In this document: positions 40,037 through 50,800 of the stretch, piece after piece | How the letters are laid out: each line of letters begins with the position of its first letter | Position numbering within the stretch: position 1 is the stretch's first letter | Source: an uncultured Desulfosarcina sp. | GTDB lineage: Bacteria > Desulfobacterota > Desulfobacteria > Desulfobacterales > Desulfosarcinaceae | Assembly (NCBI GenBank): GCA_963674945.2 | Contig: CAXXWQ010000003.1 | Span: 96,001 to 160,000, forward strand | Length of the DNA: 64,000 bases | Direction of reading: 5' to 3' | The notes under the pieces: model-generated | Told to the model about the DNA's origin: nothing | Seen by the model: only the letters and a program-made list of their open reading frames with translations | Databases searched by the model: none | Translations under genes and position numbers: made by a program

Positions 40037-40882
40037 TTAATCGCTCTCTCCCCAGACCTGCGCGCTGCGGGCTACCTTCTTGCGCACTGTTTCCCATTCT
40101 CCACTCACGTTGAACATGGATTCCGGTAGGGCCGCCAACATTTTTTTGTACAGAGACCAGGGGACCGTAAAGGTTAACTCATCGGTTTTCATATATTTCC
40201 TGGCCGAAGGGTCAAGACCTCCAAGTACAGCCTTCTCTATTCCTTGTTCCTTGTAATAGAGAGGCCAAGCGATCATGTTGGTACACCCTGCCCCAAAGGG
40301 AGAGGCCACGCAATCCACATCGCCGGTGGTGAAAGTCGTTTGGATGAAAAGACCGGTCAACACTTCGGGTCGTGCGAAAAAGATGACGAACTCCGGCTCC
40401 TCATTGTCGGTAAACAGAGAAAGCGGTTTAAAAATACAGTATTTTGCAGGAGCCTTGCGAGGATCGACCTTGGCGAGAAATTTCCTCATGGCTTCGGGCG
40501 AAGGCAAAAAACGCTCTCCATGCACTGGCGTACCACTGAACCCCGTGGTCACATAATGCTCAATGAATCTGACGTTGGGTTTCATCATGGAACAGTAGAA
40601 CACGCCTCCGGGGCATCCATATTCTTCCGAAGAAATGTAGGCGGCACGACGCTTTTTCCTCGCCAGCCAGATATTGCCCATGACGCAGGAAAAAGTCTTG
40701 AAAACCTCTTGCATATCCACCTTTCCCTGGTCTTCCAACTCGCGTGACATGGGTACGCCGGGCTTTGGCCCGAACGCTTTTTCGGGTTTGGTGTCATCGT
40801 AATATACGCCGAATGGCTCTTCGCTCAAACCGAGATGTTCAAGAAATTTGTTGTTGTCTTCGAGTATCGATTTTACGGTCAT
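40037..40882 (-). CDS. DUF169-family protein
   Basis: FSCVMG, YGCPGG, SPFGAGC, GGLDPSAR, ELTFTVP; GGGAGGG RBS before ATG 40882. Confidence 0.8.
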   Translation of the reverse strand: MTVKSILEDNNKFLEHLGLSEEPFGVYYDDTKPEKAFGPKPGVPMSRELEDQGKVDMQEVFKTFSCVMGNIWLARKKRRAAYISSEEYGCPGGVFYCSMMKPNVRFIEHYVTTGFSGTPVHGERFLPSPEAMRKFLAKVDPRKAPAKYCIFKPLSLFTDNEEPEFVIFFARPEVLTGLFIQTTFTTGDVDCVASPFGAGCTNMIAWPLYYKEQGIEKAVLGGLDPSARKYMKTDELTFTVPWSLYKKMLAALPESMFNVSGEWETVRKKVARSAQVWGESD

Positions 40883-40992
40883 GGTATTTTCCCTCCCTTT
40901 TTGGGTAGTACTGCCGGGGTCATACGTGACGTGACAGTCATGGAATGAAAACCGAACGATAGGATCACATTCCATAATCCTGCCTCCATCAT

Positions 40993-41008
40993 GTTGTATA
41001 CGCAACTA
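40993..41008. promoter_or_regulatory. Putative MarR operator, copy 1
   Basis: GTTGTATACGCAACTA, imperfect palindrome, identical to 41483-41498. Confidence 0.75.
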
Positions 41009-41473
41009 TATTGACTGGTTTTTTGTTCCTATGGCGGGGTCTCCTATGTTCGCTATGATTCTGGACAAAAACGATCGACAGACCAACCGTTCATCCTCGG
41101 TCATGCCGCGTTGCGCCTCCTCCAGAACGCCCCTCGCGATGGATGCGCAGCGCTCGGCCGTTTCCAGGGCCTTTGGTGTCGGTGACACGATTTTGTGTCT
41201 GTTGTCCCCGGGGAATTTCGTTCGTACGACCCAGCCACGCCTCTCAAGTCCGCCCACCAGACGGCTCACGCTGGATTTTTCGAGAAATAGCCGCTCGCCA
41301 AGCTGCCCCTGGGACATGGCATCACAATTGAGCAATAAAATAATTCCCCCCCATTGTTCGGCGGTCATCTCGATACCTGCTTCGTGGAACCGCTTGCCAA
41401 GCACATTGCTTAACAACCTGTTTACCAAGCCGGCCAGGTACCCCAAAGATTGATTATGGTCATATGAAAACAT
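41006..41473 (-). CDS. MarR-family regulator
   Basis: MTAEQW, SQGQLGERLFLEKSSVSRLV..LERRGWV.R...DNR. Confidence 0.92.
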   Translation of the reverse strand: MFSYDHNQSLGYLAGLVNRLLSNVLGKRFHEAGIEMTAEQWGGIILLLNCDAMSQGQLGERLFLEKSSVSRLVGGLERRGWVVRTKFPGDNRHKIVSPTPKALETAERCASIARGVLEEAQRGMTEDERLVCRSFLSRIIANIGDPAIGTKNQSI

Positions 41474-41482
41474 CGTTTTTTG

Positions 41483-41512
41483 GTTGTATACGCAACTAAA
41501 AAACAATGTCAA
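41483..41512 (-). promoter_or_regulatory. marR promoter (-35 TTGACA) overlapped by operator copy 2
   Basis: Minus strand TTGACAttgttttttAGTTGCGTATACAAC just upstream of the marR ATG. Confidence 0.7.
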
Positions 41513-41590
41513 GTGCATTTTTGCCATCGCGAAAAAGATGAATTTGGAAAACGCTCTATAGGATTTGCATGTTTTGTCTTACGGCCGGCA

Positions 41591-42973
41591 TCATTGCAGC
41601 TTGAACTCGATGCCGAAGCGCTTCATGCGGTTCCAGACGGTAACCCGGGAAACCCCCAGCAGCCTTGCGGCTTCGGTTCGGTTTCCACGGGTTTGCTGGA
41701 GTGCACTGATCAATTGATTGCGTTTTTGTGTTTCACGGCTTGTGCGCGTCGCTCCCCGGTCCCAACGGGTGTCGACCGTTTTTCGGCTGTCCTGAATGTT
41801 GGGGGGGAAATGGTAGGGCTCCAGTCGATCCTCCCGGCAAGTCACAAAGGCATACTCGAAAGCACTTTTCAGTTCCCTGACATTGCCGGGCCAGTCATGG
41901 TCGACCAAAAGTGCCATGGCTTCCGGGCTGATGGTGTGAATCGATTTACCGGTTTTCAGACCCACCCGGCGGATAAACGCCTCGGCCAGCAAAGGAATGT
42001 CTTCGGTCCTTTCCCGCAAAGGCGGTATCCAGATGGGAATCACGTTGATGCGATAGAAAAGATCCTTCCGGAAGGTCCCTTCTCGCACCAGTCTCTCCAA
42101 ATTACGGTTGGTTGCCGATATGATCCGTGCGTTGATCGGGATTGACGCGTTTTCCCCCACCCGTTCAATGACTTTCTCCTCCAGCACCCGGAGCAGTTTG
42201 ATCTGGATGTGGGGAGGCAGATCACCGATCTCGTCCAGAAAGATGTCCCCCTTGTATGCCGCTTCGAAACGGCCTTGACGATCCCGATAGGCGCCGGTGA
42301 ATGCACCCTTCACATGGCCGAAAAGTTCACTTTCCAGCAAGGACTCGTTCAGGGCGGCACAATTGACTTTGACAAACGGGTGCTCCCTGCGGGTACCGAT
42401 ATCATGTATCGAACGGGCAACCAGTTCCTTGCCGGTGCCGCTTTCACCCAGAATGATGACCGGTGCATCGGACCGGGCCGCGTTGCGTACCTGTTCGAAG
42501 ACCTGGTGAATGACCGGGGAAGCCCCTATCAGTTTGCTGAAACCGTCTTCATGTTGCAGCTCCTGTCGGAACGCCTTGATCTGGTTGTCCTTTCTGACCA
42601 ATTCGGTGATATCGGTGATGGTTTCAACGGCACCGATCACCTTGTTGGTGCGGCTGTGCAGCAACGAGGCGTTCTTGATAAAATGGACGCGGCGACCGTC
42701 TTTTCTGTTCAAGGTGCACTGGGTCATGCTAACCCTACCGGTGACAAACAGATCACACCACCGCCCTTCCGATCCGTTACGAACGCTTTTACACTGATCG
42801 CAGCTGAGCAGTTGACACGGCTTGCCCACGACTTCGTCCTGCCGATAGCCCGTGATACGTTCGAATGCACGGTTGACGGAGACGATTTTCCCGCCGCGAT
42901 CGACAATCATGACGCCGTCTTGAATCGTGTTCACAACTGTTTTCCAATGAAAATTCAGATCTTTCTCGAGCAT
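41591..42973 (-). CDS. PAS-domain sigma54-dependent transcriptional activator
   Basis: PAS with Cys cluster, GESGTGKE, GAFTGA, WPGNVREL, Fis HTH. Confidence 0.95.
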   Translation of the reverse strand: MLEKDLNFHWKTVVNTIQDGVMIVDRGGKIVSVNRAFERITGYRQDEVVGKPCQLLSCDQCKSVRNGSEGRWCDLFVTGRVSMTQCTLNRKDGRRVHFIKNASLLHSRTNKVIGAVETITDITELVRKDNQIKAFRQELQHEDGFSKLIGASPVIHQVFEQVRNAARSDAPVIILGESGTGKELVARSIHDIGTRREHPFVKVNCAALNESLLESELFGHVKGAFTGAYRDRQGRFEAAYKGDIFLDEIGDLPPHIQIKLLRVLEEKVIERVGENASIPINARIISATNRNLERLVREGTFRKDLFYRINVIPIWIPPLRERTEDIPLLAEAFIRRVGLKTGKSIHTISPEAMALLVDHDWPGNVRELKSAFEYAFVTCREDRLEPYHFPPNIQDSRKTVDTRWDRGATRTSRETQKRNQLISALQQTRGNRTEAARLLGVSRVTVWNRMKRFGIEFKLQ

Positions 42974-42983
42974 CTTCCCCGCC

Positions 42984-43034
42984 TGTTAAAATTGATGTTA
43001 AAATTGATCGTTTGTTAAATTTTTCTTTAACAAA
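42984..43034. promoter_or_regulatory. Probable upstream activator sites
   Basis: Direct repeat TGTTAAAATTGA x2 (42984-43007) and palindrome TTTGTTAAA-N6-TTTAACAAA (43011-43034). Confidence 0.6.
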
Positions 43035-43154
43035 TTTAACACACCCCGTAAAGCTTTCAAACAGGTGGCGACCATTGTCCACGGATACTTAACATATTGT
43101 TTTAAAATATAATAGCAGCGTATTTGAATCCAGCTCATTACTCAATCTTAAGGA

Positions 43155-43170
43155 TGGCAACATTATTGCT
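43155..43170 (+). promoter_or_regulatory. Sigma54 promoter (-24/-12)
   Basis: TGGCAACATTATTGCT, GG-N10-GC, about 100 bp before ATG 43269. Confidence 0.82.
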
Positions 43171-43268
43171 CAATATGCGGGGACTGCAGCTGATAACCAG
43201 CCGCTAACGTTGAAATTGGACAGTTACCCGGTTCTTACCAAGTAGAATGCTGACAGAGGAGGCACACA

Positions 43269-44648
43269 ATGAGTATGGAAAGCACAGACATTTTGATCGT
43301 CGGCGGATCGGCTGCCGGCCTGATGGCGGCGATGACAGCGAAGAAACGCCACCCCCAAAAGAGAGTGACGATCTTGCGCAAAGCGCCCAAAACACCGGTC
43401 CCGTGCGGGATCCCCTACATTTATGGCACCATTAAGCATGTAGAAAAAAATGTGATCCCCGACGATGGCTTTATTCAGCAGGGCGTCGACATTCGCTCTG
43501 TGGAAGTGCAGGCAATCGATCGCAAGGCCAAGACGGTGCTCTTGGCAGACGGCTCCCGTATCGCCTACGGCAAGCTGATTCTGGCAACCGGGTCGAGCCC
43601 CTGCCTACCGCCGATTCCGGGAATCGATACCGGCAATGTCTTTGGGATTCAGAAAAATTCGGAGTACCTGCAAAAATTGCTGGGAACGCTTGCGTCTTCC
43701 GGCCGGGTCGTCGTGATCGGCGGTGGGTTTATCGGCGTGGAGATGGCGGAGCAAATTGCCAAGATGAATGAAGACAACGGAACCCAAAAAGAGGTCAGCC
43801 TCATTGAAATGCTCCCCCACTGCCTGATGCTGGCCTGCGAGCAGGAATTCTGCATCGACACCGAAAACGAGTTGCGTGAATTGGGTGTCAACGTCGTGAC
43901 CGGCGCCGGTGTAAAGGCCATCGAAGGAAATGGCAAAGTGACCGGCGTCAAACTGGCCTCCGGCGAAACCTTGGCTGCGGATGCCGTTGTGGTGGGGATC
44001 GGTGTAATGCCCAATATTGAACTGGCCCAGCAGGCTGGTCTCACTGCTGATTCACGTCTGGGAATCCAGGTGAACGCCCACATGCAGACTGAGGATCCGG
44101 ATATTTTTGCCGCCGGCGATTGCGCTTCCAAATTTTCATTTTTCGACGGCCAACCTTCCACCATCCGACTGGCTTCCGTAGCCAGCAGCGAAGGCATGAT
44201 CGCCGCCAGCAATCTCTATCGCTCAGAGCGTAAGAGTATTGGTACCATTGGTGCCTTCGGGACGTGTGTCGGCAACTGCAGCATCGGCTCAGCCGGACTG
44301 ACCAGCCATGCCGCTTCAAAAGCCGGCATTTCCTACGTAGTGGGTGAAGCCGTTTCGCCGAACCGCCATCCGGGTTGTTTGCCCGGCGTCATACCAAACA
44401 TGAAGGCCAAGGTACTGGTAAGAGAAGATGATGGTCGCATCATCGGCGGACATGTGCGTGGCGGCGAGGCGACTGCGGATATGGTCAATATCATCGCCAC
44501 GGCCATCCAGTCCCGCCTGACCGCCGAACAGTTGGCCACCATGCAGTATGCCACCCATCCATTGCTGACGGCATCGCCGCTGTTCTATCATGTGATGCTG
44601 GCAGCCGAAAATGCCACCGTTCACCTACAGAAAAACGGAGGCAACTGA
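43269..44648 (+). CDS. FAD-dependent NADH oxidase / CoA-disulfide-reductase-family protein
   Basis: IVGGSAAG, PCGIPY redox Cys, IGGGFIG, IFAAGDC. Confidence 0.9.
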   Translation: MSMESTDILIVGGSAAGLMAAMTAKKRHPQKRVTILRKAPKTPVPCGIPYIYGTIKHVEKNVIPDDGFIQQGVDIRSVEVQAIDRKAKTVLLADGSRIAYGKLILATGSSPCLPPIPGIDTGNVFGIQKNSEYLQKLLGTLASSGRVVVIGGGFIGVEMAEQIAKMNEDNGTQKEVSLIEMLPHCLMLACEQEFCIDTENELRELGVNVVTGAGVKAIEGNGKVTGVKLASGETLAADAVVVGIGVMPNIELAQQAGLTADSRLGIQVNAHMQTEDPDIFAAGDCASKFSFFDGQPSTIRLASVASSEGMIAASNLYRSERKSIGTIGAFGTCVGNCSIGSAGLTSHAASKAGISYVVGEAVSPNRHPGCLPGVIPNMKAKVLVREDDGRIIGGHVRGGEATADMVNIIATAIQSRLTAEQLATMQYATHPLLTASPLFYHVMLAAENATVHLQKNGGN

Positions 44649-44867
44649 AAATGGTTTGACGGCAGGAAAATAGCCATTGATACCGGCTCTGAAGTTTTCT
44701 CTTTTTGAATGCCCGATTCGGGCCGGGCCGAACCAATCCGGAAAAAGCCCGGAAATTGTAAATGTGTGATCGTCGATCGGGTAGGGCGAAGGCGTCTGTT
44801 TCAGATGATCTTCTCTCTACCCACCGACCCACAAGATAATCCATCACACGCTTCATACAGTTACCGA

Positions 44868-47800
44868 TCAATTCCGATGCTGCTCGCGGATGGCCTTCTC
44901 GAACCCCCGCCGGACAGCCTCTGGAAACGGGTGTGGGACCGGTGTATTGCGTTTATCCCGTCGCACCCAGACGACTTCTTGCTTTCCCGTGGCCAATTTC
45001 ATCCGCTTTCCCGAATGGTCGGGTTTATAGTACTCAAAATGGAGGGTGGCCCGGCACTCCTTGAGTTTTTTCAATGCCATGCGGACTTCGATGCGGTCGA
45101 AGGGCATGGCCTCCCGCAGATGATCCACCCGACAGTTCAGACAGATCAATTCCCCTTTTTCTCCGGTCCCCTTGAAATGGTCGGGAATCAGATCGTAGAA
45201 ATAACGATCGCGGACCCGGCCCTGCCAGGCGTAATAGTTGGCAAAATAAATGTTGCCCACGATATTGGCATCCTCCAGGCAGGTGTCCATCCATTGGGTG
45301 AGAAGGGTCGGCTTGACGATGGGACCGGCCTGTGCCCGAAACAGTTCCCGCTCGCCTTCGCCGGCAAACAGCGGCCTCAGCGGCTCGGCGATGGGCTCGG
45401 GAAGATTGGGTGCCTCATAGCGAGGCAACATATCATCCAGAAAGCGTCCATAATAGTCGGGATAGGGTTCCACCTTGGCCACCCCGTGGTCCAGAATCCT
45501 GACCCATGTGGTCTGTTGCTCCAGCCATGCGAGACGCTGGTAGGTCCCGTCGGGCCGCAGTTTGCGGAAATCGAAGGTCAGATCCAGGACGGCATTTTGG
45601 GCACCGCCGTTGCCCGATGCCCACAACCATACCTCGATCAGGTCGTGGGTGGTCGCCTCGCCCAAAATGGTAAGGTCGGCATAGTTGGTGACGCCGCCCC
45701 ATTGTCCGGTAGCGAACTGGTCGGCAATTTTTCTCAGCACCGGCCAGGCCGATGTCTCCCTTGCCGTCCCGGCCCAGAAAAAATAATGGGAGTAATAAAC
45801 GTTTCGACTCAGTTGACCGGCGGGCATGAAGGTTACCGGAAAACGGTAGACGAATATTCCCTGTCCCTGGGGCCCGCCGGCAATAATTTTATAGTGCTGC
45901 TGGTTGAACAAGCTTTCATACCCGGAATAGTCGATACAAGGGGCCTGTTCGGCCGTGATGGCGGTCGGCAGGTCGGTCAACGACAACGCAACGACCCGTT
46001 CTTCTCCAAGAGTGAGCACCATCCATACGGTCAGTACCTTGATCAGGCCCTTGTCCGTCGTACAGGTAAAAAGAAGGCTTTCTGGCGTGGGCGCTTCGAA
46101 GTCAATGAATATGGTTTCTTGTACGCCCATTTTTTGTAGGACTTCTCGGGCCGACCAAAATGCAGTGCCGTGCCGGTCCAACGCAGGCCCCTCCTTCTGA
46201 TCGTCGAGCAGTCTCCTGCCCAAAGGTCCCAAAAGCCCGGCCCACTGGGAAGCGCTCCGATGGGTCACCGGCGAAAGATCGCACCCAAGGGAGCAAGATC
46301 CCACTGCCACCAAACAGTACCGATCGTCATGGGTAACGGACACATCAACCGGATCATTGAGGATCCAGGCCTCAGGTTTTCCGGAAAATTTCCACCCGAT
46401 CCTGACCGGGCAATCCGGCATACCGTTTTGCCGCCCCCATTGCGCAACGCTTTGTTCGACAAAGGTTTCCACCCGTTCCCGTCGCTGCTCTTTGGACAAG
46501 TCATGCAGTCCCGGAAGGTAGGTTACCCGGATGGCAGGTACCTTCACACGCAATGGTGCGGATACGCCTGCGATCCGGTCCTGAACCATTTGCGTATCGC
46601 GATCGTCCGGATTCAAAAAGTCCGCCACCGTGGGGTAGTCATCATGGTGTTTGAGGATCTTCAGGCGATATCCGGTCAGCCGTTCTACGATACCCCCGGA
46701 TTCATCCAGCGTCTCTACTGCTGTTTCGACCTCCTGATCCTGGATTCCGAGGAGTCGGGTTCGAATCAGGCGCCTATTTTTTCCGGAAGACGATGTTATC
46801 ATCGGAGCGATTTCCCATCGACGAATCGACAATGGCAGCGAGGTGTCCTGGGGAATCAGCAACGCCGCCGACTGGAGCAGATTGTCCCGCAAAAACGGAT
46901 CACCGAGCAAAAAATTCCGCTGCGTTTGTGTGGCGAAGGCCAGCGAAGCACTATCCGGTTCCTCAGGCGGCGTTCCGACGACAACGGTCCCATGATCTGC
47001 GGTGCGTTCCAGCTGGTAGACGCAATCCATGCGTTGAAACCGGGGTCCCTGGAAAAGAAGGGTGTCGCGGTACAGGTCCTTCGTTGGATCCATGGCAAGG
47101 GGCAGGAACGGGTCCATCTGAACCGCCGCGTCGGGCCTCTCCATGGTTCCCATCACGAAGGTAGCAGAAAAAAATTCGGTGTCGGATTCGGCATCAACCT
47201 TGAAAATGCCCGCCTCGACCGCCAGTTCTTCTCCTGCGACGGACCGTTCCCGGGTCTGTGCCCAAATCACGATGTCGGCGCCGCTTTTTGCGTCGACGAT
47301 GATGGGCCGTCTCAGCTTGATATTCTCTATCGTAAGACCGGTAAATCCGGTAACTCCGGTGACGTGGGCCACCACCTGGGCCATGGCTTCAAGACCGAAA
47401 ACCGCCGGAAACAGATACGCCCCTTCATAACAATGATCCTCGAGGTAAAGGTCTTCTTCCAGGGAGAGGTGAACCAAGAATGCGGACTCGACACCCGGGA
47501 TGAAATGGACCCGCCGTTCGAGGAACCGTGCCCCGTCCACGGTCGACCGCGTCGGGATGCCCAGGGTATCCAGCTGCATGATCCGGGCGGCCACGAGCAC
47601 CTGGTGGGTGCCGGGGTTGAAGAGAAAGAGCCGTAGGAATCGATCGACTCCTTCTTTGGTGGGGATCGCCTCGATCCCCTTTCTCTTGAGCGCCGCGACA
47701 CTTCCCAGCCGTGCCCCCATGCCTTCATCGCGCCAGATGCTGTACGCCACGGAAAGGGTTCGCGTTTCCGGATGAGTCGAACCGAATCGACGCAGAATGA

Positions 47801-50800
47801 GATCCAGCGCTTCGTTGGAGAAGGCATACCAGCCGTTTCCCTGCATTCCGGTGATTCCGATGATGGAAGTCAGTCCCACAATGAGCCGGGTAGGCTGGTC
47901 TTCCAGTTGGGAGATAAGGTTCAGAATGCCGATGACCTTGGGTCCCACTTCTTGCAGCGCCTCTTCGGGCGACACCTGGGAGAAACGGCGCGGGGTGTTC
48001 TGGCCGGCACCGTGGATGACGCCGGTGATCGGTCCCAGCTCCCGTTGCACCTGTCGGATGGTTTGGGCAACGGCCTCCTTGTCACACACGTCACAGCGGT
48101 AGTACCGTGCCGAAAGGCCATGACGTTCGTAGCGCCGGAGGGTTCGGGAAACCGGATCCTCTTCCCCATCGCCTGCGCGTGACGTATGTATTGGCGACCT
48201 TCCCACCAGCGCCATCTTTGCGCCAACGGTGCGGGCCAGGGCCAGGGCACACTCGGCGGTGATTCCCTTTGCCCCCCCGGTGACAAGAATCACATCTTCC
48301 TTTGACCAGGTAGTGGGCGTAGGATCGTGTTGGGTCGGCTCGATGGCGCTGGCAACGGTGGTGCGTCGGGTAAGATGATGATCGTATCCGGCTTCGACGA
48401 AGTTTTGCGGTCCACGGATTTCCAATATCGTTTTTTCCGCAATACGGTTCGCGTCGATGCCTGGATCGAAATCGATGACCCGCATCTTCAGATCGTCTCT
48501 TTCCAGGTAGACACTCTTGGCAAGGGCTGTTGCGCAACACTGGTCGAGATAGTCCGCGTTGTCTACGGTTCCGAAATATCCTCCGCCAAACTGGACAAAA
48601 ACCAGACAATTGCGCCGCCGTGGGCCATGGCTGGCCGGCGGTGGAAGGGCCGCGAAAGAAAGCCGCCGGATCATTTTTCGCAGTCGATTTTCGGTAAGAT
48701 CCGAATCCTGGCATACACGGGGCAAAATAGCGATAAAATGGGAAAAATCCTCTGAATCGCCCCCCGTTTTTCCGCTTTCCAGGGCATCGAACGTTTTTAT
48801 GGATACGCCGGCCCCCTGCCGGATCAGATGCGTGTTGAGCGCCCGGCATACCGAATCATCGGCATCGTCTGCCAGTATCAGGACACGGGCGTTACTCCAC
48901 TGGTCTTCCCTTCGTTTGCCATACCATGAGGGCAAGGCGGGTAAGGGGCTTTCGATTACATCGATGCGCAGTTCTCTCACCGTGGTGCGGGGAAGGCGAA
49001 GGGTGGCGAGTGGATCGGCGGGATTGGTGGCATTGGCCATTCGGATGAATATATCGGCAATCTGCGCCAGACTGCGGTGTTGCAGGGGCTCGGGATCGAT
49101 GTTCAACTCGAGTCGCAAGGAATTGGCCGTCGCCGTCAACAGTTCGAGAAGTTGTTTTTCGGAGAGGTGCAAATCCGGTCCGACCAATGATTCTGTGGAA
49201 ATTTGGGCAGCCGCCACGCCGGTGATCGACGCCATTTGGTCCACCAGCAGCGGCAAGACGTCCGATGTCGTCAACATGGGATTATCGGTCGCCGTGTCCG
49301 ACCGGTCTTCGAAACGACGGGCTACATGATCGGCGATTTCTCCCAGGGAGGCATTGGTCCATTGGGCCGGGTCTATTTTTCCGGTCAGATCGAAGCGTTC
49401 GGCATACCTGGCGATGAGATCGCCGGATTTGATGGAGTCCAAATTTAAATCGTCGAGCAGGCGGGCATCCGGGACCAATGTCTGCTTGGGAAATCCTGTG
49501 ATCGTCTCCACTAGGTCATACAACTGTTCAAGATCCGGACGGTCCGCCCGGTTGCCGATAGCGGAATTTTCATCCGCGGCTGCGCTTTCGATGACGGGCG
49601 AGTCATGGGTGGCATGAGGTGACAGCGTCTGATCGGTTATGGCATGTTTCAGGTCGACTTCGATCAAATCTTTTAAAAATGCCCCTCTCTTTTTCAAATA
49701 GGCGTTCGCCGTCTCGGGCGACAAGCCGGACAGTCCCGGTAGATCCAAAAGCCCCTGGGACAGCGCCCGCGTAAGGGAGGACGATATCGGGGTCGCCGCT
49801 TCCCCTGCGGAATTCTCACAGGGATTGGAAAAAAAGGCTCGTCGAGAAGGCGGAACAAAGGGGTAGACCGGTCGGTTGGCATACAACGCCTTCCAGTTGA
49901 TGGTCGTTCCACTGACGAACAACCGGGCCAGAAGGCCATTGAGGTCGTCCGTCTGAAAGGCTGAGACTTCCGTGGGCAGGCAATCGATTCGCCTTTCGGC
50001 GGAGCTGTCGGAAAGGGTTGCGTCCACCAGTCCGCACAACACGCGGCCGGGGCCGACCTCGATAAGCAAATCCGTACACCCTGCAATGGATTCCGCAAGG
50101 GCCATGAAGTTCACTCGGGCCGTTACCTGCCGAACGAAATGATCGGCCAGATCGTGTCCGGCAACGATCTCTTTTCCGTCCATACCGCTGAACAGTCTGA
50201 TGGTTGGTGTCTTCAGGATTGCCGGCAAGGCGGTTCGTCCCGTCAGTTTTTCTGCGGCCGGTGCGGTCAGGCGGCAATGAAAAGCGTTGGAAACGGGAAG
50301 TCGGCGGACGGGAATATCCGCATCTTCTGCCAGACGACGCAATTGTTCGATGGCATCCGATTCTCCGGCGGCGACCATCTGGTTGGGAGCATTGATGTTG
50401 GCCAGGGCCACATACCCGTCGGTAACGTTCTCTAGCAAGCGTTTCGCCTTTGTTTGGGAACAGCCCAACCCGATCATGGTGCCGCTTTTGTCCGGCCGCG
50501 TACTCATGGCCTGCCCTCGCCGAAAAGCAAATCGTAGCAAAGTCGTTTCATCGAAGGCGCCGGACGCGAAAAATGCCGTCGCCTCACCCAGGCTGTGGCC
50601 GCCGACGGCGACCGGAACGATTCCCAACTCGCTCAAGTACCGATGCCAGAGAACAGAAGCCAGGCAGATGGCCGGTTGCGCATTGGCCGTCAGGGATAGT
50701 TCATCGAACCATTGTTTTGTCCGGTCCTCTCCCAAGATCTGTTCATCGGGGGGAAACATGACTTCGCTTGGAAACGTCGCACCACATTCGCCGGCCAACC

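Noticed and set aside
44709..47636. Plus-strand ORFs of 476 aa and 488 aa
   Set aside because: Antisense to the PKS, with no recognisable motifs.
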